A stretch of 64,000 bases of DNA from Haliotis rufescens (taxonomy: Eukaryota), in contig NW_025963791.1 of the NCBI RefSeq assembly GCF_023055435.1, positions 31,620,001-31,684,000 on the forward strand. Direction: 5' to 3'. The notes beneath the pieces are model-generated. The model was not told the origin of the DNA and did not search any database. It saw nothing but the letters and a program-made list of their open reading frames with translations. This document shows positions 1-13,194 of this stretch, one piece after another (the stretch's first letter is position 1; the number at the start of each line of letters is the position of its first letter). Made by a program: the position numbers and the translations under genes.

Positions 1-114
1 GGGCTGCATGTAGAGGGGGAAAGGGCCAGAGATGATGATGAGCCTAACCAGCCTGACTGTGCCAGGATCACCCAAACCCTCTTTGATGCATTGTTTATTT
101 TCATCTGTTAGTAA

Positions 115-1660
115 AGGTAATAATAATAGTCCATTTTAGGGCGGATATATCCATGCATAGTGCAGGCTAATAAGAAGTCAATCGGAGACAGAAAGTCTAA
201 AGCGATAGGATTTGAGTTGTGAGCAGAAAGAAGGCAGTTCACTGTTGTGGTAGATGGTTCCGGGCAATGGCCGCTAAGTATGCAAAGGAACGTTTGCCAT
301 AGTGTGGTGTCCGGACACTTAGTATGAAGAGCAAATTCTTATTCTCTGAGCGGAGGGATCTTCCTGGGACAAACACATGAAGGAGATCAGCAAGATGGGA
401 TGGAGCTTAAAACATAAAAGATAATCTTGAATGTTATCCTGTGTTCAGCTGGAAGCCAGTTGTATAACACAGGAGTGATATGGTCAGTCTTGCGAGAGTG
501 AGTAACTATTCTGGCTGCTATGTTCTGCACTCGTTGTAAGTTGGCAGCCGGGATCTTATTGCATCCAACAGCAAGCTATTACAGTAGTCAGACCTTGTCA
601 TAACTAAAACCAAGTGTGATAGATGACTGCTGAGTAAGAAATTTGCGGATGTGCCCTATGTTCCTTAGAATGAAAACACAGGCTTGTTAAGAGACAATTC
701 CGGATCTAGGGTAGCACCAAGATTTCGTACATCTGCTGACAGGGGAATGGTGGTGTCACTGAACTGAAATGATTCAGTGCCACATTGCCCTCTTGGACCC
801 TTTGGACCAACAAATAGGCACTCGATTTTACTGTCATTAAGCTTCAGCTTGTTTTCAAACATTATCCATAACGTAATGTTACTGCAGCATTCGCCGAGGC
901 GAAACAATGTAGCATTTGCATCTGATGGTGTGGTTTTGAAGACATCATGGAGCTGCGTGTCAGCAGCATATAAATGACGACTTATCTGGTGCTTAGCAAT
1001 GAGTGTACCTACTTCCTTAGTGTATGCGGTGAATAATACTGGTCCAAGCACAGAACCTTGCGGGACCTCACACTTGAACAGCAATTTCTCAGTCAGTGAT
1101 CATCCATCAATAAGAACTGACTGATATGAAAGATAAATCAATGCCATGCTATTCCGTCAATCCTGAATTCATTTCTGAAGCGCGCAAGAAGACCGTCGTG
1201 GTCAGTGGTATCAACGGCAGCACTTAAATCGAACAGAACCAGTAAACCAACGTTATTGTTGTCTATAGCGATTCTTAAGTAATTTAGAACCTTAATTAGA
1301 GCTGTATCAGTGCTGTGATTGCTTCGATATGCAGACTGGTAAGGCTCATGGAGATTGTTGCCAGACAGATGCTTGGAAATCTTTCACCAACTGCACGTTC
1401 AATTCATTTGGATAGGTTTGATACTGGTTTGATACTGGTTGGTAGTTGTTAAGTTCATCAGGGTTCTTTAACAGTGGCTTGACAATAGCTACTTTGAAGA
1501 TTGATTGCATGACGCATGACACCAGACTTGTGTTGAAGTTTGTTAATACTGGTAGAAGAATTGGCCAAGATTATTGTGGTAGAACTGTATCAAGAACACA
1601 AGAGGTGGGATTGGACTTTTTAATAAGTTTCAAAACTTCATCGTCTCTGAGAAGAAGCTG
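115..1660 (-). mobile_element. Degenerate CR1/L2-type LINE reverse transcriptase remnant
   Basis: ORF 665-1084 has RT motifs VPQGSVLGPVLF, HLYAADTQL (decayed YADD), KLKLNDSKIE and VRNLG. Flanking frames read LVLFDLSAAVDTTDH and EPYQSAYRSNHSTDTAL. Many frameshifts; boundaries approximate. Confidence 0.85.
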
Positions 1661-1886
1661 AAAGTTTCATGAACGGGAAAGAGTCTGAGAAGACATTTTT
1701 TCTCACTTATACGTTTCTCATACGAATTGTTGAATACTTTTTTAACGTGTTTTAAAGTAATAAATGACAAACCTGAATGTTCTTAACAGTAGCATTGTTC
1801 ATAAATGTATCCAATATTAACACAAAAGACTATATGAATGTGAATGATACTACTGGTTGAACATCTACGTCTTGCTTTCACTTAAC

Positions 1887-2193
1887 CTGGCACATGTTCC
1901 TCGGTCCTGAAGGTGTCAATCAGCCCCTGTATAATGATGCTGGGTTTGATCTGCCCCGCCCACTCCTCCACTGGCCTGCTGGGGTTGGGGACCTTGGTAT
2001 CTTGTTGACAGAAGGCACAGGGGATCGTCTTGGACTGTAAAGCAACTGGTCTGGTTTGGATGTACTTGGTGATACATCTCTGACAGAAAGTGTGGTGGCA
2101 GGTCAGTGTACAAGGGTCTGTGTAGGTCTTGAAGCAGATGGAGCACGTCAGGAAATTATCCTTTACTTTCCTCCCCAGCCGGGCGGTAGCCAT
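1887..2193 (-). CDS. TRIM-type RING-finger first coding exon (copy 1, divergent MATARLG subtype); the downstream B-box/propeller exon is not in the window
   Basis: C3HC4 RING (CSIC..CHHTFC..C..CAFC), homologous to the other RING exons; acceptor cag|ATG at 2193; phase-1 donor CCAG|GTTAAG at 1887/1886. Confidence 0.8.
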
Positions 2194-3099
2194 CTGTTAA
2201 ACTGACAGGCAGTAGTTTTATAGCTTGACTCAGTACAAAACACAACGCTATATCACACCTCATAAAAGTGTAAAATGTATACAGTATTATATTACACCCA
2301 TTTGCCTATGATTATTTTTTGCACATATGAAGGCAAACGTGTTTATAGGAAATCTAATGATTATCGATAGAATGATGATTATTTTAGTTATCTCTCGTCA
2401 GTTGTGTACATGTACTCACTGTATTGGTCATCGGAAAAATAAAGAACATTAATGATTGACATTGTATGTTGTTTAAGGTCACATTCTGCAATATCCCAGC
2501 TGCACGAGGCGGCTTGTAAATAATCGAATCTGGACCAGACACAGCGATTAACATCACAGGCATCGATCAATGTAAATTAGGATATGAAGACATGCCGTCA
2601 ACTGAGCCACACCACCCGATCCAAATAGTCGCACATACCACATGCTTAGGCTGCTGGCTGACCTATATTCGTATCTGGTATATTTATTAACACTGATCAA
2701 TTGTATGTCCCGCGACATGGCTAGGTTGCTGGGGACCCATATTCCTACCCGTAATCCGGTATTTCGTAATATTGATCTCTGATTGTGGATATTGTGTAGT
2801 ATACATATATCATCGGTGTTCTGAGAGGCACGTCCAACCTCTGCATAGTACAAGCTGAACATGGCTGTCTGTTACACCTTTACGTGTACAAATTATCCTG
2901 CCTTATCACTTACGGGTTACTTCGGCGCCCTTCTACAGTAAACACTGGCATAACGCACTGTCGCCTGGCCTCGCCACGTAGCCACCTGTAGTTTGGTACT
3001 CAACTGAACTCATTTATTCTCAGTAAAAAAACACCCACGGTGGTACATGAGAGAAAATTATATTAAAAATATTAATATGTACAACATGACAGCATTTAA

Positions 3100-4950
3100 C
3101 AAGAATAATGAAAATAGAATACGTTGATGCTAATACAATTTACCAATTGTATTGTACACATTGTTAAGGAATTAAGATTCCTTACTGGTGCCTTTTAGAT
3201 TGCTTACACTGTAGGTAGTTTCTTAAATTGGTTCGTGTCGCTGTTGGACAAAAGCCTCACATCTAAAATAAATGATGAAACTCATCTCCCACAGCGAATG
3301 AATCACAGAGTGGACACTGAAATGTTCAGCCATCGACCAGTTTCAACAGGTAACATATGATCAGTAGTTCTGAATATTAACACAGGGAGAAATATTGATT
3401 TTGAGAGTGATAGATATTTCTCAAATGAGGGTTGGTTCTTCAGATTCTTGTAGTACGACCTCTGGAGCTTGATGAACAGTGGATTTCAAGTTCTGGAGGA
3501 ATTGAGATCTAAATATATTCAACCGTTGAGGCCAGCCATGGCGTTGGACATACCGATGGGTTTTTGAAATACATATCAGTTGTTTAATACAGTCTTAATA
3601 AAGTCTAAACATGGGATATTTTCAACTTCTTTATGGATTGTATACATGTATTTGTAAAGTGTTTGGGACGGTTTATCATACCCTTCTGTAGAAGTAAGCT
3701 TAAGCCAAAAGGAATTATACGTTTAAAAACTGTAATACTTCCCTGCCAAATTCACCATTTAACATAAAGATTGGAGTTGTGTCTCGTAAGGCGAAATGTT
3801 TATTATCTCAGTAACTTTTAATCCGTTTATCAATACACGTTTTACAGTTCTTTGACATTTGGCAGTAATAAGATTCATTTAAAGGCGTATTTTATTTTCT
3901 CATTTTATTGTTAGCTTTTTAAAACTTTTTACGCTGGATTCCACATTCTTTGTCAAACCACGGCTTGTTTTACATTCTACCTAACACCAACTGCAGTGGA
4001 TGTGTTACAACCAATCTGCACAACTGCCCACTGACTGCATTGGACAGGCTGTTTGTAAAACACAAATAAAATAGGGCACGAAAATAGTACGTCTGAACAA
4101 AATGACCAAGTTGTTATTTATTACAGTTTATTCACTTAGTAAACATGTAAAATAATACCAATTTCAAATGCGTGCTTTGGGCACAACAATTACATGCACA
4201 TATTTTGAAATATTTGGAGAAATATTTTATTCACAACTATTGCCCATTGCACGCAATGAGCAGATAATTGTTTGCATGTACATTGCATGCATTGGGCAAG
4301 CTGTATTGCCATATACATGCAATGGGCAAACGGCCTGCTCAATGCACTCAGTGGGCAGTTGTACAGATTGGGTGCAGCATGAAGCATCAACAAGCGTGTG
4401 TCCTATATTGTGGGCCATGCCGTTGATCATTTCCGCAGGTTCAAGTGCTCGCTCTGTCAGTTCACGCAAAAGATGCCTGTTGATATTTTGACAAAACATG
4501 GTGGATACATTTTCGACTTGGGCTTCTTACTCTCAATAGTACCAATGGTTGGATTACTAAGAGGATTAATTTTGTAAATCTGGTTTCTGGTAGGGTATAA
4601 TGACAGAGAAGCGACTGGACACTGAACATCAGAGTAAATTCATAAAGTTGCATGGACAATGGTGATGTAATAATATAATCAAGAAATGATGTATCAATTT
4701 ATTTACCAATATGTCTGTCTTTTCCCAAATGACCATTGGAGATAAATAGGTTTAAATGTTTGTGTATGTCAGTGACTTTAACACCAAAGTTATTCATCCC
4801 ATCCATGTCTTATGTGTCATGTTGTAAGCATTGTTCATCTAATACTAATTCAGGTTTAAATCCATAGCCATCTCATCAATACGTTGATCCTTTTCTCTGT
4901 TCGTGCAATGAAATCACCAAAATATGGTGACGTAGTCACTAACTGAGAGA
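3100..4950 (-). mobile_element. Highly degenerate LINE 3' portion (post-RT/C-terminal region), interrupted by a MITE
   Basis: Manual minus-strand translation gives FRTTDHMLPVETGRWLNI followed by a frameshifted GDEFH.. motif (about 3260-3385), typical of the C-terminus of CR1/L2-group RTs; many stops. Confidence 0.55.
4011..4371. mobile_element. MITE-like element bounded by ~45-bp inverted repeats
   Basis: ccaatctgcacaactgcccactgactgcattggacaggctgtttg (4011-4055) is the near reverse complement of 4327-4371; no real coding capacity. Confidence 0.6.
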
Positions 4951-5888
4951 TAATTCATACATATATATATATATATATATATCATATACTAGTAATGGGT
5001 AGGTTTCTCGGCAGGATATAAACACGATATCCGTTGGGGTCATATGCGGATAGAGATGCAGTATCAAAGGTCAAGTAGGGACTACTTTCAGTGTTTACAA
5101 ACTCACATGGCGTCGCCCTTGTCATTCGGCGATCGAGTCAGAATTAACCATTGGGAATCTGGATAAACTAAAGGGATAATTGCTATCATTATCAAAAGAA
5201 CAGTCTTATAAACTGAAAATCCGTGTCTAACTGTGACGTAGCTAAGGCATTTGATAATGTTTTGGCAACTTTGGAGATATAAATTTCGAAACAATTTTGT
5301 AAGGGCACTAGGCCCAGCCAAGCGGAATCAGTAGCCATATCTGTGCTTGTCGACCTCTGCGGCTTGAAACCTTTTCCACAAATTAAAATACCGGTAGTTG
5401 GATTTGGCCGAAAAATGTTTGAATTGTTACCTTGTTTCGTTTTGTCACTCTGGGTACATCTTACTGTACTTAACGTTGACAGGACAGACCGACTCTGGCT
5501 ACGTGGAGAGGCGATACTGTGCAATGTCAGTGTTTACTGTAACCAACAGGCGTCTGAACGTGGCCGTGACGTCTCATTGACTAGGGTTAGAGTAGCTTCC
5601 CTTTGACGAAGGGCAGTTACTCTAGCGGACAGACCGATGGATTGCCGCGAAAGGCAAGTAAAAACATTTATTGTTTTGCGTATATGTTTCTTCGCCACTG
5701 TATAAGAAACAGATGTTAGTTGGAGCTCTATTGGCTACTGTCACAGTCCGCTTGACACATTACTTACACTGTGACGTAATAAATATTAATGCACGCATTC
5801 CAGGAAAACTTGCAATGTTTCGGTAATGTTTGTGAGAGAGGGAAAGCTATTTTCAAGCACAGAATTAAAGAATGACATTATATGGTAA

Positions 5889-6040
5889 AGAGGTTATCAC
5901 GCTTGTGTGTTTGGGGATGTTAAATATCCTGTATTAGGAATAAACACTATGTATTTAGGTCGCCAAGGCTCGCTAAATACAATGTTTATTCCTAATGAAG
6001 GATATTTACCATCCCCAAACACACTCGCGTGATAACCTCT
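5889..6040. repeat. Long near-perfect palindrome (hairpin, ~70-bp arms), probably a foldback/MITE-like element
   Basis: agaggttatcacgc..tgtgtttggggatg..aaatatcct..attaggaataaaca..tgtatttag pairs with ctaaataca..tgtttattcctaat..aggatattt..catccccaaacaca..gcgtgataacctct. Confidence 0.8.
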
Positions 6041-7251
6041 CATTATTTTTCACTGAAATCCTTATGCCCAAGCCCCCTCTTACAGTAAACACTGACAGTG
6101 CACAATGTCGCCTCTCCACGTAGCCACCAGTAGTTCGGTACAGAACAACTCATGGTAATGGAGGAACGATTGAGTGGATACGTCGACCCAAATTACAATT
6201 GGGGACTGCCTTTTGTTCAGCTCTGTGAACCAGTCAATGGAAGTATGTTTTCGTAACTGTATCTATGTTATTAGCTTCAGGTCGATGTGATATAACCCAC
6301 CGCGAGATTTTAATGTAATAACGAAAGTAGGTGACTTCCTTGTTGCAACATATATAATGACACTTAGCTATTTCGAACAGATAATGAATGCTATGTTACA
6401 ACAGATTATGAATTATAATTACAAAAACAATGAACACTAAGTGCCAGTTAATAGTTTGACATAATCTACGTTTCAGAAAACGGGAAAAGGTATCTGAAAT
6501 TCTACCTTTCTGCTGGCTGTTTCCAGGTGTGGGTTGCTGCACTGGTTTTACTCGGCTGGTCCCAAATCGCCGCCTTTCGGCTCCTTCCGTAAAACGAGAT
6601 CAAGCACAGTTAAACCGGCAACCGTTACAGTTCTATGCATGGACGTGTACGGACGTCGCTATAAGTGAAATAGTCTTGAACGCAACCTTAAGCACCATTT
6701 CACCTCGCCGTTGCATTTGAGCTGGCAAAGGAAGATAATTCTCACCTCTGAAAACTGTAGATTTCTCATCAACATATAGATCAGACTGACACGTTGTTAT
6801 ACCACTGAAATCTTGTTCAAAGGGAGCCGGAAAGCCAAATTCACTCACTCAGTTTCGTGTTCAGATAACATTGGTTTGCTTAGCGTTTGGTATCGGTGTC
6901 GGTGATGAGATCCATATCCTTCCGATGTACTTAAAAACTAATCAATGCAAATTACAACGACTGAACTTGTCTCATAAAAGTGTAGAAGTTTACAACCTAA
7001 CCGGGCGGTAGCCATCAGTTAAATTTAGTATTTAATAGTATTCCTTCATAGTTTAACATGTTTTATATTTGCATTTATATATATATACACCTTTGTATCT
7101 GCATCATGTATCTGGCTTCTTTATTACCTGGCTGCAAATAATATATCTACATGTGCGCAGTATGATATACTGTACCTGTCTGCACGTGCAAATGGATTAA
7201 AACAAACAAGTTCAGTTATATTATTGTTGTTTGTATATATACTCAATGCAA

Positions 7252-10200
7252 ACAGAAGCCAGATACATGATTAAGATATAAAGAAGCCAGATACATGATG
7301 TAGATATAAAGAAGCGAGGTACATGATGTAGATACAAAGAAGCCAGATACATGATATAGATATAAAGAAGCCAGGTACACGATGTAGATATACAGAAGCC
7401 AGATACATATTGTAGATATAAAGAAGCCAGATACATGATATGTAGATATAAAGAAGCCAGGTACATGATGTAGATATAAAGAAGCCAGATACATGATGTA
7501 GATATAAAGAAGCCAGATACATGATGTAGATATAAAGAAGCCAGGTACATGATGTAGATATAAAGAAGCCAGATACATGATGTAGATATAAAGAAGCCAG
7601 ATACATGATGTAGATATAAAGAAGCGAGGTACATGATGTAGATATAAAGAAACCAGGTACACGATGTAGATATAAAGAAGGCAGGTACATGATGTAGATA
7701 TAAAGAAGGCAGGTACATGATGTAGATATAAAGAAGCCAGATACATGATGTAGATATAAAGAATGCAGGTACATGATGTAGATATAAAGAAGGCAGGTAC
7801 ATGATGTAGATATAAAGAAGCCAGATACATGATGTAGATATAAAGAAGCCAGATACATGATGTAGATATAAAGAAGGCAGGTACATGATGTAGATATAAA
7901 GAAGCCAGGTACACGATGTAGATATAAGGAAGCCAGGTACATGATGTAGATATAAAGAAGCCGGGTACATGATGTAGAGATAAGACAGCCGGGTACACGA
8001 TGTAGAGATATGAAAGCCAGGTACATGATGTAGATATAAAGAAGCCAGGTACATGATGTAGATATAAAGAAGCCAGATACATGATGTAGATATAAAGACG
8101 CCAGGTACACGATGTAGAGATAAAGAAGCCAGGTACATGATGTAGAGATAAAGATGCCAGGTACATGATGTAGATATAATGAAGCCAGGTACATGATGTA
8201 GATATAAAGAAGCCGGGTACATGATGTAGAGATAAGAAAGCCGGGTACACGATGTAGAGATATGAAAGCCAGGTACATGATGTAGATATAAAGAAGCCAG
8301 ATACATGATGTAGATATAAAGAAGCCAGGTACACGATGTAGATATAAAGAAGCCAGATACATGATGTAGATATAAAGAAGCCAGATACATGATGTAGATA
8401 TAAAGAAGCCAGATACACGATGTAGATATAAAGAAGCCAGGTACACGATGTAGAGATAAGAAAGCCGGGTACACGATGTAGAGATATGAAAGCCAGATAC
8501 ATGATGTAGATATAAAGAAGCCAGGTACATGATGTAGAGATAAGAAAGCCGGGTACACGATGTAGAGATAAGACAGCCGGGTACACGATGTAGATATAAA
8601 GAAGCCAGGTACATCATGTAGATATAAAGAAGCCAGGTACACGATGTAGAAATAAGAAAGCCGGGTACACGATGTAGAGATATGAAAGCCAGATACATGA
8701 TGTAGATATAAAGAAGCCAGATACACGATGTAGATATAAAGAAGCCAGGTACATGATGTAGATATAAAGAAGCCAGATACATGATGTAGATATAAAGAAG
8801 CCAGGTACATGATGTAGAGATAAAAAAGCCGGGTACACGATGTAGAGATATGAAAGCCAGATACATGATGTAGATATAAAGAAGCCAGGTACACGATGTA
8901 GATATAAAGAAGCCAGGTACACGATGTAGAGATAAGACAGCCGGGTACACGATGTAGATATAAAGAAGCCAGATACATGATGTAGAAATAAGAAAGCCGG
9001 GTACACGATGTAGAGATATGAAAGCCAGATACATGATGTAGATATAAAGAAGCCAGGTACATGATGTCGAGATAAGAAAGCCGGGTACACAATGTGGATA
9101 TAAAGAAGCCAGATACATGATGTAGATATAAAGACGCCAGGTACACGATGTAGAGATAAGAAAGCCGGGTACACGATGTAGAGATATGAAAGCCAGGTAC
9201 ATGATGTAGATATAAAGAAGCCAGGTACATGATGTAGATATAAAGAAGCCAGGTACACGATGTAGATATAAAGAAGCCAGATACATGATGTAGATATAAA
9301 GAAGCTGGGTACACGATGTAGATATAAAGAAGCTAGGTACATGATGTAGATATAAAGAAGCCCGATACATGATGTAGATATAAAGAAGCCAGGTACACGA
9401 TGTAGATATAAAGAAGCCAGATACATGATGTAGATATAAAGAAGCTGGGTACACGATGTAGATATAAAGAAGCCAGGTACATGATGTAGATATAAAGAAG
9501 CCCGATACATGATGTAGATATAAAGACACCAGGTACATGATGTAGATATAAAGAAGCCAGATAAATGATGTAGATATAAAGAAGCCAGGTACACGATGTA
9601 GATATAAAGAAGCCGGGTACACGATGAAGAGATATGAAAGCCAGGTACATGATGTAGATATAAAGAAGCCAGGTACATGATGTAGATATAAAGAAGCCAG
9701 ATACATGATGTAGATATAAAGACGCCAGGTACACGATGTAGAGATAAAGAAGCCAGGTACATGATGTAGAGATAAAGATGCCAGGTACATGATGTAGATA
9801 TAATGAAGCCAGGTACATGATGTAGATATAAAGAAGCCGGGTACATGATGTAGAGATAAGAAAGCCGGGTACACGATGTAGAGATATGAAAGCCAGGTAC
9901 ATGATGTAGATATAAAGAAGCCAGATACATGATGTAGATATAAAGAAGCCAGGTACACGATGTAGATATAAAGAAGCCAGATACATGATGTAGATATAAA
10001 GAAGCCAGATACATGATGTAGATATAAAGAAGCCAGATACACGATGTAGATATAAAGAAGCCAGGTACACGATGTAGAGATAAGAAAGCCGGGTACACGA
10101 TGTAGAGATATGAAAGCCAGATACATGATGTAGATATAAAGAAGCCAGGTACATGATGTAGAGATAAGAAAGCCGGGTACACGATGTAGAGATAAGACAG

Positions 10201-12942
10201 CCGGGTACACGATGTAGATATAAAGAAGCCAGGTACATCATGTAGATATAAAGAAGCCAGGTACACGATGTAGAAATAAGAAAGCCGGGTACACGATGTA
10301 GAGATATGAAAGCCAGATACATGATGTAGATATAAAGAAGCCAGATACACGATGTAGATATAAAGAAGCCAGGTACATGATGTAGATATAAAGAAGCCAG
10401 ATACATGATGTAGATATAAAGAAGCCAGGTACATGATGTAGAGATAAAAAAGCCGGGTACACGATGTAGAGATATGAAAGCCAGATACATGATGTAGATA
10501 TAAAGAAGCCAGGTACACGATGTAGATATAAAGAAGCCAGGTACACGATGTAGAGATAAGACAGCCGGGTACACGATGTAGATATAAAGAAGCCAGATAC
10601 ATGATGTAGAAATAAGAAAGCCGGGTACACGATGTAGAGATATGAAAGCCAGATACATGATGTAGATATAAAGAAGCCAGGTACATGATGTCGAGATAAG
10701 AAAGCCGGGTACACAATGTGGATATAAAGAAGCCAGATACATGATGTAGATATAAAGACGCCAGGTACACGATGTAGAGATAAGAAAGCCGGGTACACGA
10801 TGTAGAGATATGAAAGCCAGGTACATGATGTAGATATAAAGAAGCCAGGTACATGATGTAGATATAAAGAAGCCAGGTACACGATGTAGATATAAAGAAG
10901 CCAGATACATGATGTAGATATAAAGAAGCTGGGTACACGATGTAGATATAAAGAAGCTAGGTACATGATGTAGATATAAAGAAGCCCGATACATGATGTA
11001 GATATAAAGAAGCCAGGTACACGATGTAGATATAAAGAAGCCAGATACATGATGTAGATATAAAGAAGCTGGGTACACGATGTAGATATAAAGAAGCCAG
11101 GTACATGATGTAGATATAAAGAAGCCCGATACATGATGTAGATATAAAGACACCAGGTACATGATGTAGATATAAAGAAGCCAGATAAATGATGTAGATA
11201 TAAAGAAGCCAGGTACACGATGTAGATATAAAGAAGCCAGGTACATGATGTAGAGATAAGAAAGCCGGGTACACGATGTAGAGATAAAGAAGCCAGGTAC
11301 ATGATGTAGAGATAAGAAAGCCGGGTACACGATGTAGATATAAAGAAGCCAGGTACATGATGTAGATATAAAGAAGCCAGGTACATGATGTAGATATAAA
11401 GAAGCCAGATACACGATGTAGATATAAAGAAGCCAGGCACACGATGTAGAGATAAAAATCCGGGTACAAGATGTAGATATAAAGAAGCCAGGTACATGAT
11501 GTAGAGATAAGAAAGCCGGGTACACGATGTGGATATAAAGAAGCCAGATACATGATGTAGATATAAAGACGCCAGGTACACGATGTAGAGATAAGAAAGC
11601 CGGGTACACGATGTAGATATAGAGAAGCCAGATACATGATGTAGATATAAAGAAGCCAGGTACATGATGTAGATATAAAGAAGCCGGGTACATGATGTAG
11701 ATATAAAGAAGCCAGATACATGATGTAGATATAAAGAAGCCAGGTACATTTTGTAGATATAAAGAAGCCGGGTACACGATGTAGATAAAGAGAAGCCAGA
11801 TACATGATGTAGATATAAAGAAGCCAGGTACATGATGTAGATATAAAGAAGCCGGGTACACGATGTAGATATAAAGAAGCCAGGTACACGATGTAGATAT
11901 AAAGAAGCCAGGTACATGATGTAGATATAAAGAAGCCAGGTACATGATGTAGATATAAAGAAGCCGGGGACACGATGTAGATATAAAGAAGCCAGATACA
12001 TGATGTAGATATAAAGAAGCCAGGTACATGATGTAGATATAAAGAAGCCGGGTACACGATGTAGATATAAAGAAGCCAGGTACATGATGTAGATATAAAG
12101 AAGCCAGGTACACGATGTAGATATAAAGAAGCCAGGTACATGATGTAGATATAAAGAAGCCAGGTACATGATGTAGAGATAAGAAAGCCAGGTACATGAT
12201 GTAGAGATAAGAATCCGGGTACAAGATGTAGATATAAAAAAAGCCAGATACATGATGTAGATATAAAGAAGCCAGATACATGATGTAGATATAAAGAAGC
12301 CAGATACACGATGTAGATATAAAGAAGCCAGGCACACGATGTAGAGATAAGAATCCGGGTACAAGATGTAGATATAGAGAAGCCAGATACATGATGTAGA
12401 TATAAAGAAGCCAGGTACATGATGTAGAGATAAGAAAGCAGGGTACACGATGTAGATATAAAAAAAGCCAGGTACATGATGTAGATATAAAGAAGCCAGG
12501 TACATGATGTCGATATAAAGAAGCCAGGTACATGATGTAGATACAAAGAAGCCAGGTACACGATGTAGATATAAAGAAGCCAGGTACACGATGTAGATAT
12601 AAAGAAGCCAGGTACATGATGTAGATATAAAGAAGCCAGGTACATGATGTAGGTATAAAGAAGCCGGGTACACGATGTAGATATAAAGGAGCCAGGTACA
12701 CGATGTAGATATAAAGAAGCTAGATACATGATATAGATATAAAGAAGCCAGGCACACGATGTAGAGATAAGAAAGCCAGGTACACAATGTAGATATAAAG
12801 AAGCCAGATACATGATGTATATATAAGGAAGCCAGGTACACGATGTAGATATAAAGAAGCCAGGTACATGATGTAGATATAAAGAAGCCAAGTCGCGATG
12901 TAGATATAAAGAAGCCAGATACATGATGTAGATATAAAGAAG
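7252..12942. repeat. 28-bp satellite array (~200 monomers), consensus tagatataaagaagccagRtacaYgatg, with a 1624-bp higher-order duplication
   Basis: Visible tandem units. Rare variant monomers recur at an offset of exactly 1624 bp = 58 monomers (stops at 8614/10238 and 9333/10957; ORF starts 9314/10938). Confidence 0.97.
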
Positions 12943-13024
12943 AGATGTGTACATATCATAACGACACTGACACCCGGAGAGTAGCATATACCCATTAACT
13001 AAAACTGATAGTTTCCAAGTTAAT

Positions 13025-13117
13025 GTCTCACAGGGCTTCACACATTGTTGGGGTATCGAAACCGGGCCTTCGGCGTGACCAGCCAACGCTATAACCACTC
13101 GGCTACCCCACCGCCCC
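13025..13117 (-). mobile_element. Degenerate tRNA-derived SINE (family A), head fragment
   Basis: Reverse complement ggggcggtggggtagccgagtggttatagcgttggctggtcacgccgaaggcccggtttcgatacccc, with A/B boxes; matches family A copies. Confidence 0.75.
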
Positions 13118-13153
13118 GTCATAAGGAAGAGAATGTATGGATATCATGAGAAA

Positions 13154-13194
13154 CACAACGTTTTGGAGTATTATACTTACTCCTTCATCAGGTG
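13154..13194 (-). ncRNA. Degenerate minimal hammerhead-ribozyme motif of the Penelope-like-element type (GAAA core mutated to AAAA)
   Basis: Minus strand: cac-CTGATGA-a-ggagta-agtataa-tactcc-AAAA-cgtt-gtg; stem II ggagta/tactcc, stem I cac/gtg. Confidence 0.55.

Noticed and set aside
7252-12942. CRISPR-like array (28-bp repeats)
   Set aside because: Repeats are contiguous with no unique spacers, there are no cas genes, and the context is eukaryotic.
7221-13122. Very long minus-strand ORFs (447-1122 aa) of YLASLYLHHVPGFFISTSC repeats
   Set aside because: Artefact of a stop-free 28-bp satellite strand. All three frames give the same 28-aa repeat, with no unique domain or splice context.
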